DNA of 64,000 bases from a virus. Position 1 is the stretch's first letter. Every line of letters begins with the position of its first letter. Shown one piece after another: positions 41,181 to 50,185 of this stretch. The notes under the pieces were generated by a model. The model ran no database searches. It was given only the letters and a program-made list of their open reading frames with translations, and was not told the origin of the DNA. The position numbers and the translations under genes are program-made. Location: IMG/VR virus record IMGVR_UViG_3300042541_002760. One strand, 5' to 3'.

Positions 41181-41880
41181 TCTCCTCGTGTTTCAGGTCA
41201 AAGTTACGGGCTTTTCGCTCGTTATAGATGGGCTGATCATATGCATACATCTCGGGGGATTCATTCCGAGCATGGACTGCATCGGGAGCGGTTGCTCCTA
41301 CCCATTGGTGCTGAATGATTACTTGATCGATGTAGGTGACTCTGCCTAGGAGTCTTGCTACATCGGTGAATTCGTTATCACAGAACACAGACTTGTATCC
41401 TGGATAGTACAAGTATCCAAATCGTTCAAAGTATCTTCGTCCCAAGATAGACAGGGTAATGAGTCTGTCTTGTCCCGAAAACCCGTCATTGAAGTGAAGA
41501 ACTCCGTCTGTGTCGGGAAAATGCTTTGCCATATTGTTGGCAATGATCTCATCATAGCCACCCAACACGGGGATCATATCGTCAGATGCAAGCAGAATGA
41601 CATCAGGGTTCAATGCACGAACCTTGTCCATATTGGCATTGATTGCTGAAATCTTTCCTGTGGACTTACCACAGATGGGATGAATTCGACCATCTAGTTG
41701 CGAGTTCAATCGATTGAAGAGAGAAAACATATTCTCATTGTTCATTGTCGGATCATCATAGTCATATGAGATGACGAATTGAACATCATGCATTCCCGAT
41801 AGAAAATTAATGTACTTGTCAAGAACTCCCACAAACTTTTGTGGTCTACCTCTTGTTGGGAATTTAATAACCATTCTCAT
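41149..41880 (-). CDS. Glycosyltransferase family 2-like
   Basis: KFPTRGRP, KI.AIN, ILLASDDMIP, Y.S.FCDNE, I.HQ. Confidence 0.8.
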   Translation of the reverse strand: MRMVIKFPTRGRPQKFVGVLDKYINFLSGMHDVQFVISYDYDDPTMNNENMFSLFNRLNSQLDGRIHPICGKSTGKISAINANMDKVRALNPDVILLASDDMIPVLGGYDEIIANNMAKHFPDTDGVLHFNDGFSGQDRLITLSILGRRYFERFGYLYYPGYKSVFCDNEFTDVARLLGRVTYIDQVIIQHQWVGATAPDAVHARNESPEMYAYDQPIYNERKARNFDLKHEEIVNHALATNP

Positions 41881-42401
41881 TCTTCGGTCTCCTTCTTGGA
41901 ATCGCCTTCATCGAGATCCACAAATTCAACAACTGCATTCCCCGAGTAGTCGGAGGCATATTGTTTGGCACGATTATACAGGGAAGTGTCTACTTCTTTA
42001 ACATATCTCATGAAGTTGAGTGCAAAATTTTGAATTGCTTCGTCAACGAGTTCCTGCTCTTCCTCTGTCATATCGTCATCATTGTCGATATTGGGATCCT
42101 CGTCTCCATAGTCTCGTTCATTACTCTCCGAAAGTGGCAAATCACATTCCTCTGCCAATTCAGACAGACCACATCGAAAGAGCATGGCAGGAGTTCCATC
42201 GCCAACCCATGCACCAATAGAATTGTGTTCGATCCACTCGACTGCTTCGTCCTCTTCCATGCCGTCTCTCTCCATGAGAATGTCCATGCAACGACCATAG
42301 TCATAGATTGCAATAGGAATCGATTGACCGCATCTACGGAGGATGCCGAGGAAAGCCTTTTCAAATCCATCAAAAAGCATTGTCTTGTCTTCTTCGCTCA
42401 T
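41877..42401 (-). CDS. Conserved hypothetical phage protein
   Basis: DGF..AF.G......AIYD...C..IL..RDGM..DEA.EW...N..GAWVGDGTP motif plus acidic linker. Confidence 0.7.
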   Translation of the reverse strand: MSEEDKTMLFDGFEKAFLGILRRCGQSIPIAIYDYGRCMDILMERDGMEEDEAVEWIEHNSIGAWVGDGTPAMLFRCGLSELAEECDLPLSESNERDYGDEDPNIDNDDDMTEEEQELVDEAIQNFALNFMRYVKEVDTSLYNRAKQYASDYSGNAVVEFVDLDEGDSKKETEE

Positions 42402-42402
42402 G

Positions 42403-43458
42403 TTATACCTTCGCAGTTGGAGTTACTTCTGAAGCCTCTTCTTCAATATCGTTTCCATAACAGAATTCCTTCTTCACAGCCTCCTCAAGTTTTACCATAA
42501 CATCGGCGGTAAAGAACTTTTCAGGATTCTTAAGAATCTGATTCTCAAACACAGTCTTCCCACTTCCAACATCAATCTTTGTACTGACCTTGGTAAAGAT
42601 ACCGTGCTTGATAGCAATGTCGAGCAGCCCATAATACTCATTCAATCCCGTGTCATAGTTCAACTGTACATCCACGGTCTTGTCCTGCTTGGTTTTACGG
42701 CTCTTGTATGTCTTGCAGTGAATAATACTTCCTACAACTTCATTGTCTACCTTATCCTTCTTCTTGCTCAGGTAGATGATTGTGGAAGCGGCATACTTCA
42801 AGCCACCACCACCGCCCATTTCCTTTGTTGGGAAATACGAACCCACAACATCATAAGTGTGGTTGGTCATTACGAGAGGAACACAGGCATGTCCCAACTT
42901 GATGGTAAGCACACGGAAGGTAGCCTTGACTGCCTGTGCCCGTGTCATGTCTCGCGTGTCTTTCCCTGCCGCCGTATCGGTCATCTCTTTGGTTGTGCTT
43001 AACATTCCCAATGAGTCCAATACAACAAGCATAGGAGGACGATCATCCTTATTAGTTTCGAGATACTTATCTACGGATGAGATGCACTGTTGGCGAAACT
43101 CTTCTACCGTAGCAACGGGCAGTACTGCCACTCGCGTACCATCCACGCCACGACTTTCGAGCAAATCACTCGTAACTGCTTGCTCTGAATCGAAATACAG
43201 CACCATTGCTTTAGGATTGCTTGCAAGAAACTCTCGCACAATGTTCATGGCAAAGTATGTCTTGCCTGTGGCTTGTTCTCCTGCAAGTGCCACGATCTTG
43301 TTGTTTGGGATGCCGCCATAAAGCGATCCACTCAACAGAGCATTGAATGCATATGCTCCCGTGGAGATATAAGACTCGGTGTCGCTCCCTTCAATTCCAT
43401 CGGATGCGATGCCACCATAGATGTTACCAGACGCTTTAAGAATATCTTTCAGATTCAT
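42403..43458 (-). CDS. uvsX: RecA-like recombinase UvsX
   Basis: STG.Y.FNALLSGS..GG.P, AGEQATGKT, FDSE, LDSLGMLST, DMTRA, MGGGGGLKYAAS. Confidence 0.95.
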   Translation of the reverse strand: MNLKDILKASGNIYGGIASDGIEGSDTESYISTGAYAFNALLSGSLYGGIPNNKIVALAGEQATGKTYFAMNIVREFLASNPKAMVLYFDSEQAVTSDLLESRGVDGTRVAVLPVATVEEFRQQCISSVDKYLETNKDDRPPMLVVLDSLGMLSTTKEMTDTAAGKDTRDMTRAQAVKATFRVLTIKLGHACVPLVMTNHTYDVVGSYFPTKEMGGGGGLKYAASTIIYLSKKKDKVDNEVVGSIIHCKTYKSRKTKQDKTVDVQLNYDTGLNEYYGLLDIAIKHGIFTKVSTKIDVGSGKTVFENQILKNPEKFFTADVMVKLEEAVKKEFCYGNDIEEEASEVTPTAKV

Positions 43459-43491
43459 TATGTATACCTCACTTGGTTGATTTGGCTTATC

Positions 43492-44265
43492 TTACACTAA
43501 TCCATCAGGCTTGTCAAATATATCTGCTCCATATTTGCAGAGTGTTTCAAAGGTTTCGTATGTGTATCCTGCTTCGTTTAGAGTCTTTAGTACCTGTTCA
43601 AGTTCTTCATGCGTGATGTGCCCATGAGCATGTGTGCCTGTATGTGCAGCAGTATCTATTGGTCGAATATCGTGAAATATAATACTGATGCCCTTAAGTG
43701 CTTTAGCAGTTTCTCGCAATCCTTGTAGGACTCTATTGAGTTGTCCTGCACGAATTAGGTGTTCTCGTGGATTCTCATCCTTATCCAATCTGCTCGGACT
43801 AAAGTACATTCGATTGCCTAGGTAGAAATGGCTTTCATTCCCAGGTCGCACATAGCAAAACATCGGGATTATTGCAGAGTAAAGAGTGTCATCAAAGTGC
43901 GAATATGGAAATGCAAAATGAGTTGGTTTAAACCCTGCTCCTGCCATGTCTTCCATTGCAGGAAGAACCTCGTCATCGATATATTTTTCAATGTTATATC
44001 TTCTAGAATATACAATCGCATCTCTGTGATTTTTGCCGTGACATCCGATTACATGCCCGTCTGAACGAAGATCTCGCAGCATCTGCAACTCATCATTTGA
44101 TAGTAAATGAAATGAGTCAACATAGAATACAACTTTTGCACCATACTTTTTAAAGAGATCGCGAAGAGAATACCATGCAGAAATTGAGTGATCATCGAAG
44201 CAAAGATGTGCATGTGGATACTTCACTGTTTCTTTGGGTTCGAAAGATTTGAATGCTTGTGTCAT
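43492..44265 (-). CDS. Polysaccharide deacetylase (NodB/CE4-like)
   Basis: LCFDD, GH.IGCHG.NH, FAFPY, IIFHD; own CTAAATA promoter. Confidence 0.8.
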   Translation of the reverse strand: MTQAFKSFEPKETVKYPHAHLCFDDHSISAWYSLRDLFKKYGAKVVFYVDSFHLLSNDELQMLRDLRSDGHVIGCHGKNHRDAIVYSRRYNIEKYIDDEVLPAMEDMAGAGFKPTHFAFPYSHFDDTLYSAIIPMFCYVRPGNESHFYLGNRMYFSPSRLDKDENPREHLIRAGQLNRVLQGLRETAKALKGISIIFHDIRPIDTAAHTGTHAHGHITHEELEQVLKTLNEAGYTYETFETLCKYGADIFDKPDGLV

Positions 44266-44280
44266 ACTGCGATATTTAGG

Positions 44281-46818
44281 TTATGAAAACAAACTCTCCA
44301 ACGAACTTTGCTCTTTTACTTTCCATCCGATAGAATTCAGAATGGTGGTGAGTGGCTCGATGAATGCCTTATCGAATTGTGTCTCTCTGTCGATGAAGGA
44401 ATCCAACCCGAATTCTTCAGGCAAGACAAGAACAAACGAGACAACTCTGTCGCGAATTGGATTTGGTTCCTTAAGATATACATACTTTACCTTTTCACCA
44501 TCGCGAATCTTTGGGTACTTCTTTGTCAGTGACTTCTGTTTGATTGCATGGTTATAGATCAGTGCACCCTTAACTGCAATTGGGGTTGCCTTCTTATAGA
44601 TCCTTGCGGCATCGGTATAGTTGTCCATCCCATTGCAGCCACGGGGGAATGCGATCTGTGCCACAGGCAATGTCATAAACTCCTCATAGAATTTCTCTAC
44701 GAAAGATCGCATTGCACCTTCGTCTTCGGTCATGATCAGTCGAATAGATTCCTTCAGGCGAATCCGAACAATCTGTGGGGTTGAGGATCGAGCAGTTTCG
44801 ATTCCCATGATCTTAAGATCGGGATCGGTCATGTAGACATTCTCTTCCCCAAGATGAACCGAAAGCATATACCGCTTCTTCGCAGTCCATATTCCCTTTG
44901 CCGCAATTCCTTCTCGCTTCATCGACATCTTGTCTGCATATGCATTCATTCGCAATGCAAGTTGAGAATACCACTTGTTGATCTTTGGCAGCAATACTTC
45001 ATTACATGCTTTGTCTAGGAATTCAATCGTCTCCTTAGTTCCCTTCTTGCCGAGGGTCTTTGTGACTAGACCACTGAGTCGAAGATATACGGAATCGGTA
45101 TCCGAAGCAATCACACAGTCTTCACCGACAGTTCCACATGCCTTGTTCAAGAAGAGATTCAGATTGTTTTCTGCCCACCGAATGGACAACTGTCCTGATA
45201 CCGTAATTGCTTCTGCCATGCTCAGGTTGTAGTAACGACAGTACTCATTGCCCAATGCACCGAAGGCAGAATTCAATTGCACCTTACGAACCAATTGGAA
45301 GTTGTGGTACTTTGATACTTCCTTCTTCTTCAATTCGACCATATCAGCATCTGCATTTATATTTACCTTCAACCACCCCTTGGCATCAAGCATTCGCTTC
45401 TTGTACTCTTTCCGCTGTGCATACATGGTATCCATCAGTTCGGGAAGAAACCCTCGAATGTCTTTTCGATACATCGTGCCATTGGCAGCAACGGCAAGGT
45501 TTTTACTCTTGACCATCGACAGGAATCCTTCCAATGCAGGATCGCTTCCCACCTGAAGTAGGCTATCGACAGAGATATTCGGAATTCTTTCAGACACAAG
45601 CGTTTCGGGACTGATGTTGTACTGCATGATCAGATGGGGATATAGACTATCCAAGTCCAAAGAAACTACCCATTCATGCACACCAACCTGTGGATCTTTT
45701 ACATATGCCCCTTCGAACTTATCCGACTTACTAGAATTGATTTTTGAGGGAATTGCAATTTGCTTGGTTCGAAGATAGTTGTATATGATGCTGTCCCACA
45801 TTCGTACCTGTGAAAACACATCAGCAAAATTACCCCGTGCGCTATAGGCAAGAGCCTGAGAGAGTTCGATCAGTCGCAACTTGTCTTCCAACTGCGACAC
45901 CAACAGCGTATCTTTGATATTGTATTCGATGAACCTCTGAAAGTCTTTGTGGTACAAGTCGTTTAGTGTTCCGACATCGGCATAATTTGCCTTGCCCTCG
46001 CCCAACTCTACCATGGCAATATGCTGCAAGCCATAGGACTCACGAGTGACAAAGGTGAATTTCTTGTACATATCGATGTAGTCAAGAACAGTAATTCCAC
46101 TGAAGTCATAGACCCAATTCTCGCGATTCATAACAACTACCTTGCGCTCTCGCACTTCTGCCCATGGAGATAGTCGCTTTGCTGCTTTGCTTCCAATCAG
46201 TCTTTCCATTCGGCGATACAGGTATGGCATATCAAACATATTGATGTTCCACCCCGTAATGATATCGGGATCGAGAATCTCCCATACATCAAGGAATTCT
46301 CTGAGCATGGATTTCTCATCAGTATGGCAATAGCAATGCACACCTTCAATACTAAACTGACCAAGACCAAAGGTGTGTGTCTTGCCGTTCTGATAAAGTG
46401 TAATGGCATTGACCCGCTCACATGGATCATCAGGAGTGGAAAACCCATTCTCGGTCTCTACTTCAATGTCGATATACAAGACTCGAATAGTCGAGGAGTC
46501 GTATTCAAGTTCGCCTTCACTTCCATAAGTGTCTGCAATGAACTGATACTGTGCATCGATATCGCCATATACAGTAAACCCTTCGACATCGGAATACTTC
46601 TTGACGAATTCCCTCGCCTCAAACATATTCTCAAAGTCAATAGGCTCAACTCTCTTCCCATCAATCGTAGACCAAGAGGTTGTCTTTTCCTTTTTCGTTG
46701 GAACAAAAAGAGTAGGGCGAAAGGTAAGAGACTCATGCACTCGTTTGCCATGTTTGTCATAGCCTCTGTGCATGAGTCTCCCGCCCTTAGTGACCACATT
46801 GGTATAGAACTGCGTCAT
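44281..46818 (-). CDS. gp43: Family B DNA polymerase (T4 gp43-like)
   Basis: DIEVE exo I, TGWN..FD, DLDSLYPHLIMQYNISPET, K..LNSAFGALG, SDTDSVY, KKRY. Confidence 0.98.
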   Translation of the reverse strand: MTQFYTNVVTKGGRLMHRGYDKHGKRVHESLTFRPTLFVPTKKEKTTSWSTIDGKRVEPIDFENMFEAREFVKKYSDVEGFTVYGDIDAQYQFIADTYGSEGELEYDSSTIRVLYIDIEVETENGFSTPDDPCERVNAITLYQNGKTHTFGLGQFSIEGVHCYCHTDEKSMLREFLDVWEILDPDIITGWNINMFDMPYLYRRMERLIGSKAAKRLSPWAEVRERKVVVMNRENWVYDFSGITVLDYIDMYKKFTFVTRESYGLQHIAMVELGEGKANYADVGTLNDLYHKDFQRFIEYNIKDTLLVSQLEDKLRLIELSQALAYSARGNFADVFSQVRMWDSIIYNYLRTKQIAIPSKINSSKSDKFEGAYVKDPQVGVHEWVVSLDLDSLYPHLIMQYNISPETLVSERIPNISVDSLLQVGSDPALEGFLSMVKSKNLAVAANGTMYRKDIRGFLPELMDTMYAQRKEYKKRMLDAKGWLKVNINADADMVELKKKEVSKYHNFQLVRKVQLNSAFGALGNEYCRYYNLSMAEAITVSGQLSIRWAENNLNLFLNKACGTVGEDCVIASDTDSVYLRLSGLVTKTLGKKGTKETIEFLDKACNEVLLPKINKWYSQLALRMNAYADKMSMKREGIAAKGIWTAKKRYMLSVHLGEENVYMTDPDLKIMGIETARSSTPQIVRIRLKESIRLIMTEDEGAMRSFVEKFYEEFMTLPVAQIAFPRGCNGMDNYTDAARIYKKATPIAVKGALIYNHAIKQKSLTKKYPKIRDGEKVKYVYLKEPNPIRDRVVSFVLVLPEEFGLDSFIDRETQFDKAFIEPLTTILNSIGWKVKEQSSLESLFS

Positions 46819-47741
46819 GTGCCTCTTTGCTTTGGATATTCGGGCGTTTTGTTTCTCTCTACAAACTTCTTCCGAAGTTTTTTGGTTTCTGCTTTGGTAG
46901 CACCAAGTACATAAGCATACTTGTGTTTTGATGGAAAGTCAACTGGAACTGATTGAGATTGTTTTTTCTTGCTAAAGTCTCGAAGCATCTGTTCGATGAC
47001 AGGAGACATATTTTCCCATAGCATTTTTTGATCATTACTCCAACTCTTGTCCCATGCAATTCCAAGTTCCTTGGCATACTTCTTATATGCACTGCGAACT
47101 CTAAAGAAGCGGTCAGACACAATTCTGCCCGTGTATGGATTGATATATCGAGTAGTTGTTCCCGACTTCTTGCCCAAGTAATAGAAGTTGCAAGCCTGAT
47201 AGATGGTACCGATTTCCTTCGCAGTTGGATCGGAGTAGGCAGTAAACAATCTATATGGGGTGTTCTTTACCATCCATTGGATTGTCCACATGAGAAAAGA
47301 ACTCGCAAGATTCTTTGGACTCCATGAAATACAAGCACCGCGACTGATAAGTCGCTCAATGGTTTGGGTATCATCTCCTAGCAATTTTGAAAATGCATTA
47401 GGCATATTCATAAGGATAACTCCCACCATGATTTCTCTGCCCATCAGCCCCTGATTGGGATCATGATAGAATGCACCAAACCAATGTGTTGTGTACTGAG
47501 ACAGATTTCCTAGCCATTCATGTCGCTGAATGAATTCCGTAGCGTCTTGCCGCTCTAGGTATCCTGTCAAAGGCTTAAAATAGATATCAGTTACTTTAAT
47601 AGAGTTGATCTGCTCAGGGTCGATCCCACTCTCGACAATATCCTCTTGGAGGTTGTTGACCCGAATGTCATACTGCCAACAATGATCTTTGTCATAGTTC
47701 TTAGCGCGTTCAATGATATCGATGGCAGATCGCTTACTCAT
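46815..47741 (-). CDS. Mom-like GNAT-fold DNA modification protein
   Basis: FI.RHEWLG, RG.C..WSPKNLAS, L.TAYSDP...EIGTIYQACNF.YLG, C-terminal KHKY resemble the Mom-family (SYAD...G.IYQA.N) signature. Confidence 0.7.
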   Translation of the reverse strand: MSKRSAIDIIERAKNYDKDHCWQYDIRVNNLQEDIVESGIDPEQINSIKVTDIYFKPLTGYLERQDATEFIQRHEWLGNLSQYTTHWFGAFYHDPNQGLMGREIMVGVILMNMPNAFSKLLGDDTQTIERLISRGACISWSPKNLASSFLMWTIQWMVKNTPYRLFTAYSDPTAKEIGTIYQACNFYYLGKKSGTTTRYINPYTGRIVSDRFFRVRSAYKKYAKELGIAWDKSWSNDQKMLWENMSPVIEQMLRDFSKKKQSQSVPVDFPSKHKYAYVLGATKAETKKLRKKFVERNKTPEYPKQRGT

Positions 47742-48739
47742 TTCATAATATCCGTCAGGCTTGATTGTGCATGTTCAGCAACCGATTCTTCAATGTGTTT
47801 CTGTGAGATTCTTTGAGTTGCTAGTTTAGGATCACCCTTGCAAAACACAAGAACATTCTGATGAGTTTTTGCAAACTTTCTTGATGCTTCAAACTGTTGT
47901 GTTACTCGCATCGCAGCAGAGGCAACAGGAGTAGCAAGGATAGCCTCATTGTAGAAGCGTACTCCTGCATCCTCGAATGCACTTACTGTTTGTCCAACAA
48001 AGTTTCGATAAAATCCCTTGGGGCAACGGTAATCTCCTACCACGAAACAGGCAAACCGATTCATTCGTAAACGATCACATGCAAGACGAATGATATTCTT
48101 ATATGCAGTCAGGAATGAATCATTGTTCATTGCAGACAAATCGCGTGGATCTTCTGAATACTGTTCGAGATCTCCATAGGGAGGACAACTAAAAATGAAA
48201 TCAGAATCGGGGCTTAATTTCAATTCCCTCTCGGAATCTCCGTTCACCCAAACAATCGGAGCACTGAGTTCTTCTAGTAGCGAAGCCTGTTCCTGATTAG
48301 ATTTAATTTGTGGTTGACTTAAGTCACAACCCCAATATCTTCGATTGAGATAAGAGGCAACAACACCACGAACCATTCCACCCGCAAAGGGATCGACAAC
48401 CTGATCGCCTTCTTTGGTGAACCACCGATACGCCAACTCACACAACACGGGATCAAATACCGATGTGTTGCTTTCGATGGAGTCAACCACCTCCCCTTCC
48501 TTCTGACGATAGTAGTCAATAGAGTCTACTTTGTCACCATAGAGAAGTTTATCGCCCCTGCCAAGTTCCCCTTTGATTCCTCGCTTGAGCCATGCCTTCT
48601 TCCTCTTCTGCCAAGAACCATCCCGTGCAGACAGGATGGTGAATGGGGGCACAATAAACTTACGAGCAACCTTTGATTGAGTTTCCTCTTCAATGTTCTC
48701 ACCAAACATATTACGCCCAAAGGGAGAAAAGTCACTCAT
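47738..48739 (-). CDS. Amino-DNA methyltransferase-like protein
   Basis: DPFAGG..RG motif I, SCPPY motif IV, SVFDPVLCE, HQNVLVF.KG. Confidence 0.8.
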   Translation of the reverse strand: MSDFSPFGRNMFGENIEEETQSKVARKFIVPPFTILSARDGSWQKRKKAWLKRGIKGELGRGDKLLYGDKVDSIDYYRQKEGEVVDSIESNTSVFDPVLCELAYRWFTKEGDQVVDPFAGGMVRGVVASYLNRRYWGCDLSQPQIKSNQEQASLLEELSAPIVWVNGDSERELKLSPDSDFIFSCPPYGDLEQYSEDPRDLSAMNNDSFLTAYKNIIRLACDRLRMNRFACFVVGDYRCPKGFYRNFVGQTVSAFEDAGVRFYNEAILATPVASAAMRVTQQFEASRKFAKTHQNVLVFCKGDPKLATQRISQKHIEESVAEHAQSSLTDIMK

Positions 48740-49131
48740 GTAATATCCCCGTATCCCACTCCACGAATAAAGAAATTCTCTTCATGTTGCTCGAACCCAA
48801 AGCATTCTCGTGCGTAGTCGAGAATGATGTTCTTATCAAACTTGTTGCATGAGTATACATCAAGCGTAATGAATCGCTTAGGTTCCATTGAGTGAATCTG
48901 AATGCCACTCTCAATGAGTGGAACCCAACCACTTACCCCTGCCTTGTCGGGATAAATCTCCGATCCATTTTTAGTTGGGCCGTGCATGACAACGGGTTGC
49001 GACATACGAGTCATGCCGATCTTGTCTACTACTCGCTCAAGAAAGCGGTAGTGAAGTTCTAAGTCATCGGCTGCACCGATGCGACAGTTGTACATATCAA
49101 GGTAATACGAATATCCGAATGGCTTGCTCAT
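48736..49131 (-). CDS. speD: S-adenosylmethionine decarboxylase proenzyme-like
   Basis: GVSG...LIES.I.IH......TLDVYSC..FD pyruvoyl-enzyme signature. Confidence 0.8.
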   Translation of the reverse strand: MSKPFGYSYYLDMYNCRIGAADDLELHYRFLERVVDKIGMTRMSQPVVMHGPTKNGSEIYPDKAGVSGWVPLIESGIQIHSMEPKRFITLDVYSCNKFDKNIILDYARECFGFEQHEENFFIRGVGYGDIT

Positions 49132-49430
49132 GTTTCATCTCTTTCTATGGCTAGAATGTTGTCTTGGTGCACTATATCACATGCAGCATATCCCCGTCCA
49201 CCATTTTTTGTAAGATCCCACAGAACTCTATCACCGACTTTGATGTCTTCGGTTACTTTGTCTCCGACACAAATAACAACACTCCAAATGTTTGGGTTGT
49301 TAAGTTTTTCAGTATAGATGATTCCTGCCGAAGTTTTCTTTTGCTGTCCAAGACCTTTAGTCTGAACAGATACCCATTTACCAATAGTCCGCAATTGTTT
49401 CATCACAATTCCTTTTTGATTTTGTTCCAA
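49128..49430 (-). CDS. GroES/gp31-like co-chaperonin
   Basis: KKTSAGII, V..VG......IKVGDRVL, ILAI. Confidence 0.75.
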   Translation of the reverse strand: MEQNQKGIVMKQLRTIGKWVSVQTKGLGQQKKTSAGIIYTEKLNNPNIWSVVICVGDKVTEDIKVGDRVLWDLTKNGGRGYAACDIVHQDNILAIERDET

Positions 49431-49861
49431 TACTTTGTAGTATTATTCCATGCCTTGATTTCAGATTTCAATTTGCTATTCTGTTTCTTCAAGATGTTAC
49501 ACCCGCCGTTGTGAATTCGTGCAAGTTGCTCAATATCTGAATTATTACTTCCGTATCGGTGGAGGTAGGCACAGACAACTCTTCGGGCATAGTCAGGATC
49601 GAAGCAGTCTTTGTATGTCCCGCCGAGGGTTTTGTCATAGTTAACGGCATCTGTCCAATACGAGCGGTGAATCTGATATAGTCCAATTGCATCGCCCCTG
49701 TCCCCAATAGCCTTTGGGTCACCCCTCGACTCCACCCTAGCCATGGCAGGGAGCAGTTGCTTGATGTTTGCGTCAAGGACTCCATTGGACTTACTATTGG
49801 GCAGGGGGAACAGGAGGGTCATAGAGAGGATGACCGTTGAGATTGCTGCTTGGCAGAGCAT
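49403..49861 (-). CDS. Lysozyme/transglycosylase-like protein with N-terminal hydrophobic segment
   Basis: A...VES.G...AIGD.G.AIG.YQI...YW.DA...ARIHNGG...T..YW.K (i-type/destabilase-like). Confidence 0.75.
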   Translation of the reverse strand: MLCQAAISTVILSMTLLFPLPNSKSNGVLDANIKQLLPAMARVESRGDPKAIGDRGDAIGLYQIHRSYWTDAVNYDKTLGGTYKDCFDPDYARRVVCAYLHRYGSNNSDIEQLARIHNGGCNILKKQNSKLKSEIKAWNNTTKYWNKIKKEL

Positions 49862-50183
49862 TGTGCTTTTCCTTCTTGGATTGAAGATATGAATAGAAAA
49901 GAACGGAATAGTTAATCAGATCAAGACAGGTGTCTTCTACAGACTCGTCTTTCACTTCGAGCGTTCCCGACTCCACAAAGGAGGATAGTCTCGACATCTT
50001 ATCTGTCATTCGAACAAGCATTCCCGATTCTGTTTGACAAATGCCCATCGATTCACAACGGGTGAAGTTTGCAAATGGTTCATCTCCTCCCTTCCCCGCA
50101 TAGTCGTTGTTTTTTCGTTGCATCAAACTATATGATTTCTCGCATAGTGATTTGTGAGAAGCAAGCAATTCATTACGATCCAT
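49794..50183 (-). CDS. Nucleotide-modification-associated domain 1 (DUF1599-like)
   Basis: RKN.DYA.....FANF...G.LVRM.DK.SRL.....VKDES.EDT..DL.NY. Confidence 0.7.
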   Translation of the reverse strand: MDRNELLASHKSLCEKSYSLMQRKNNDYAGKGGDEPFANFTRCESMGICQTESGMLVRMTDKMSRLSSFVESGTLEVKDESVEDTCLDLINYSVLFYSYLQSKKEKHNALPSSNLNGHPLYDPPVPPAQ

Positions 50184-50185
50184 AA

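Noticed and set aside
28797-46818. Inteins or group I introns in gp41, UvsX or gp43
   Set aside because: Lengths and motif spacing are normal and the frames are uninterrupted.
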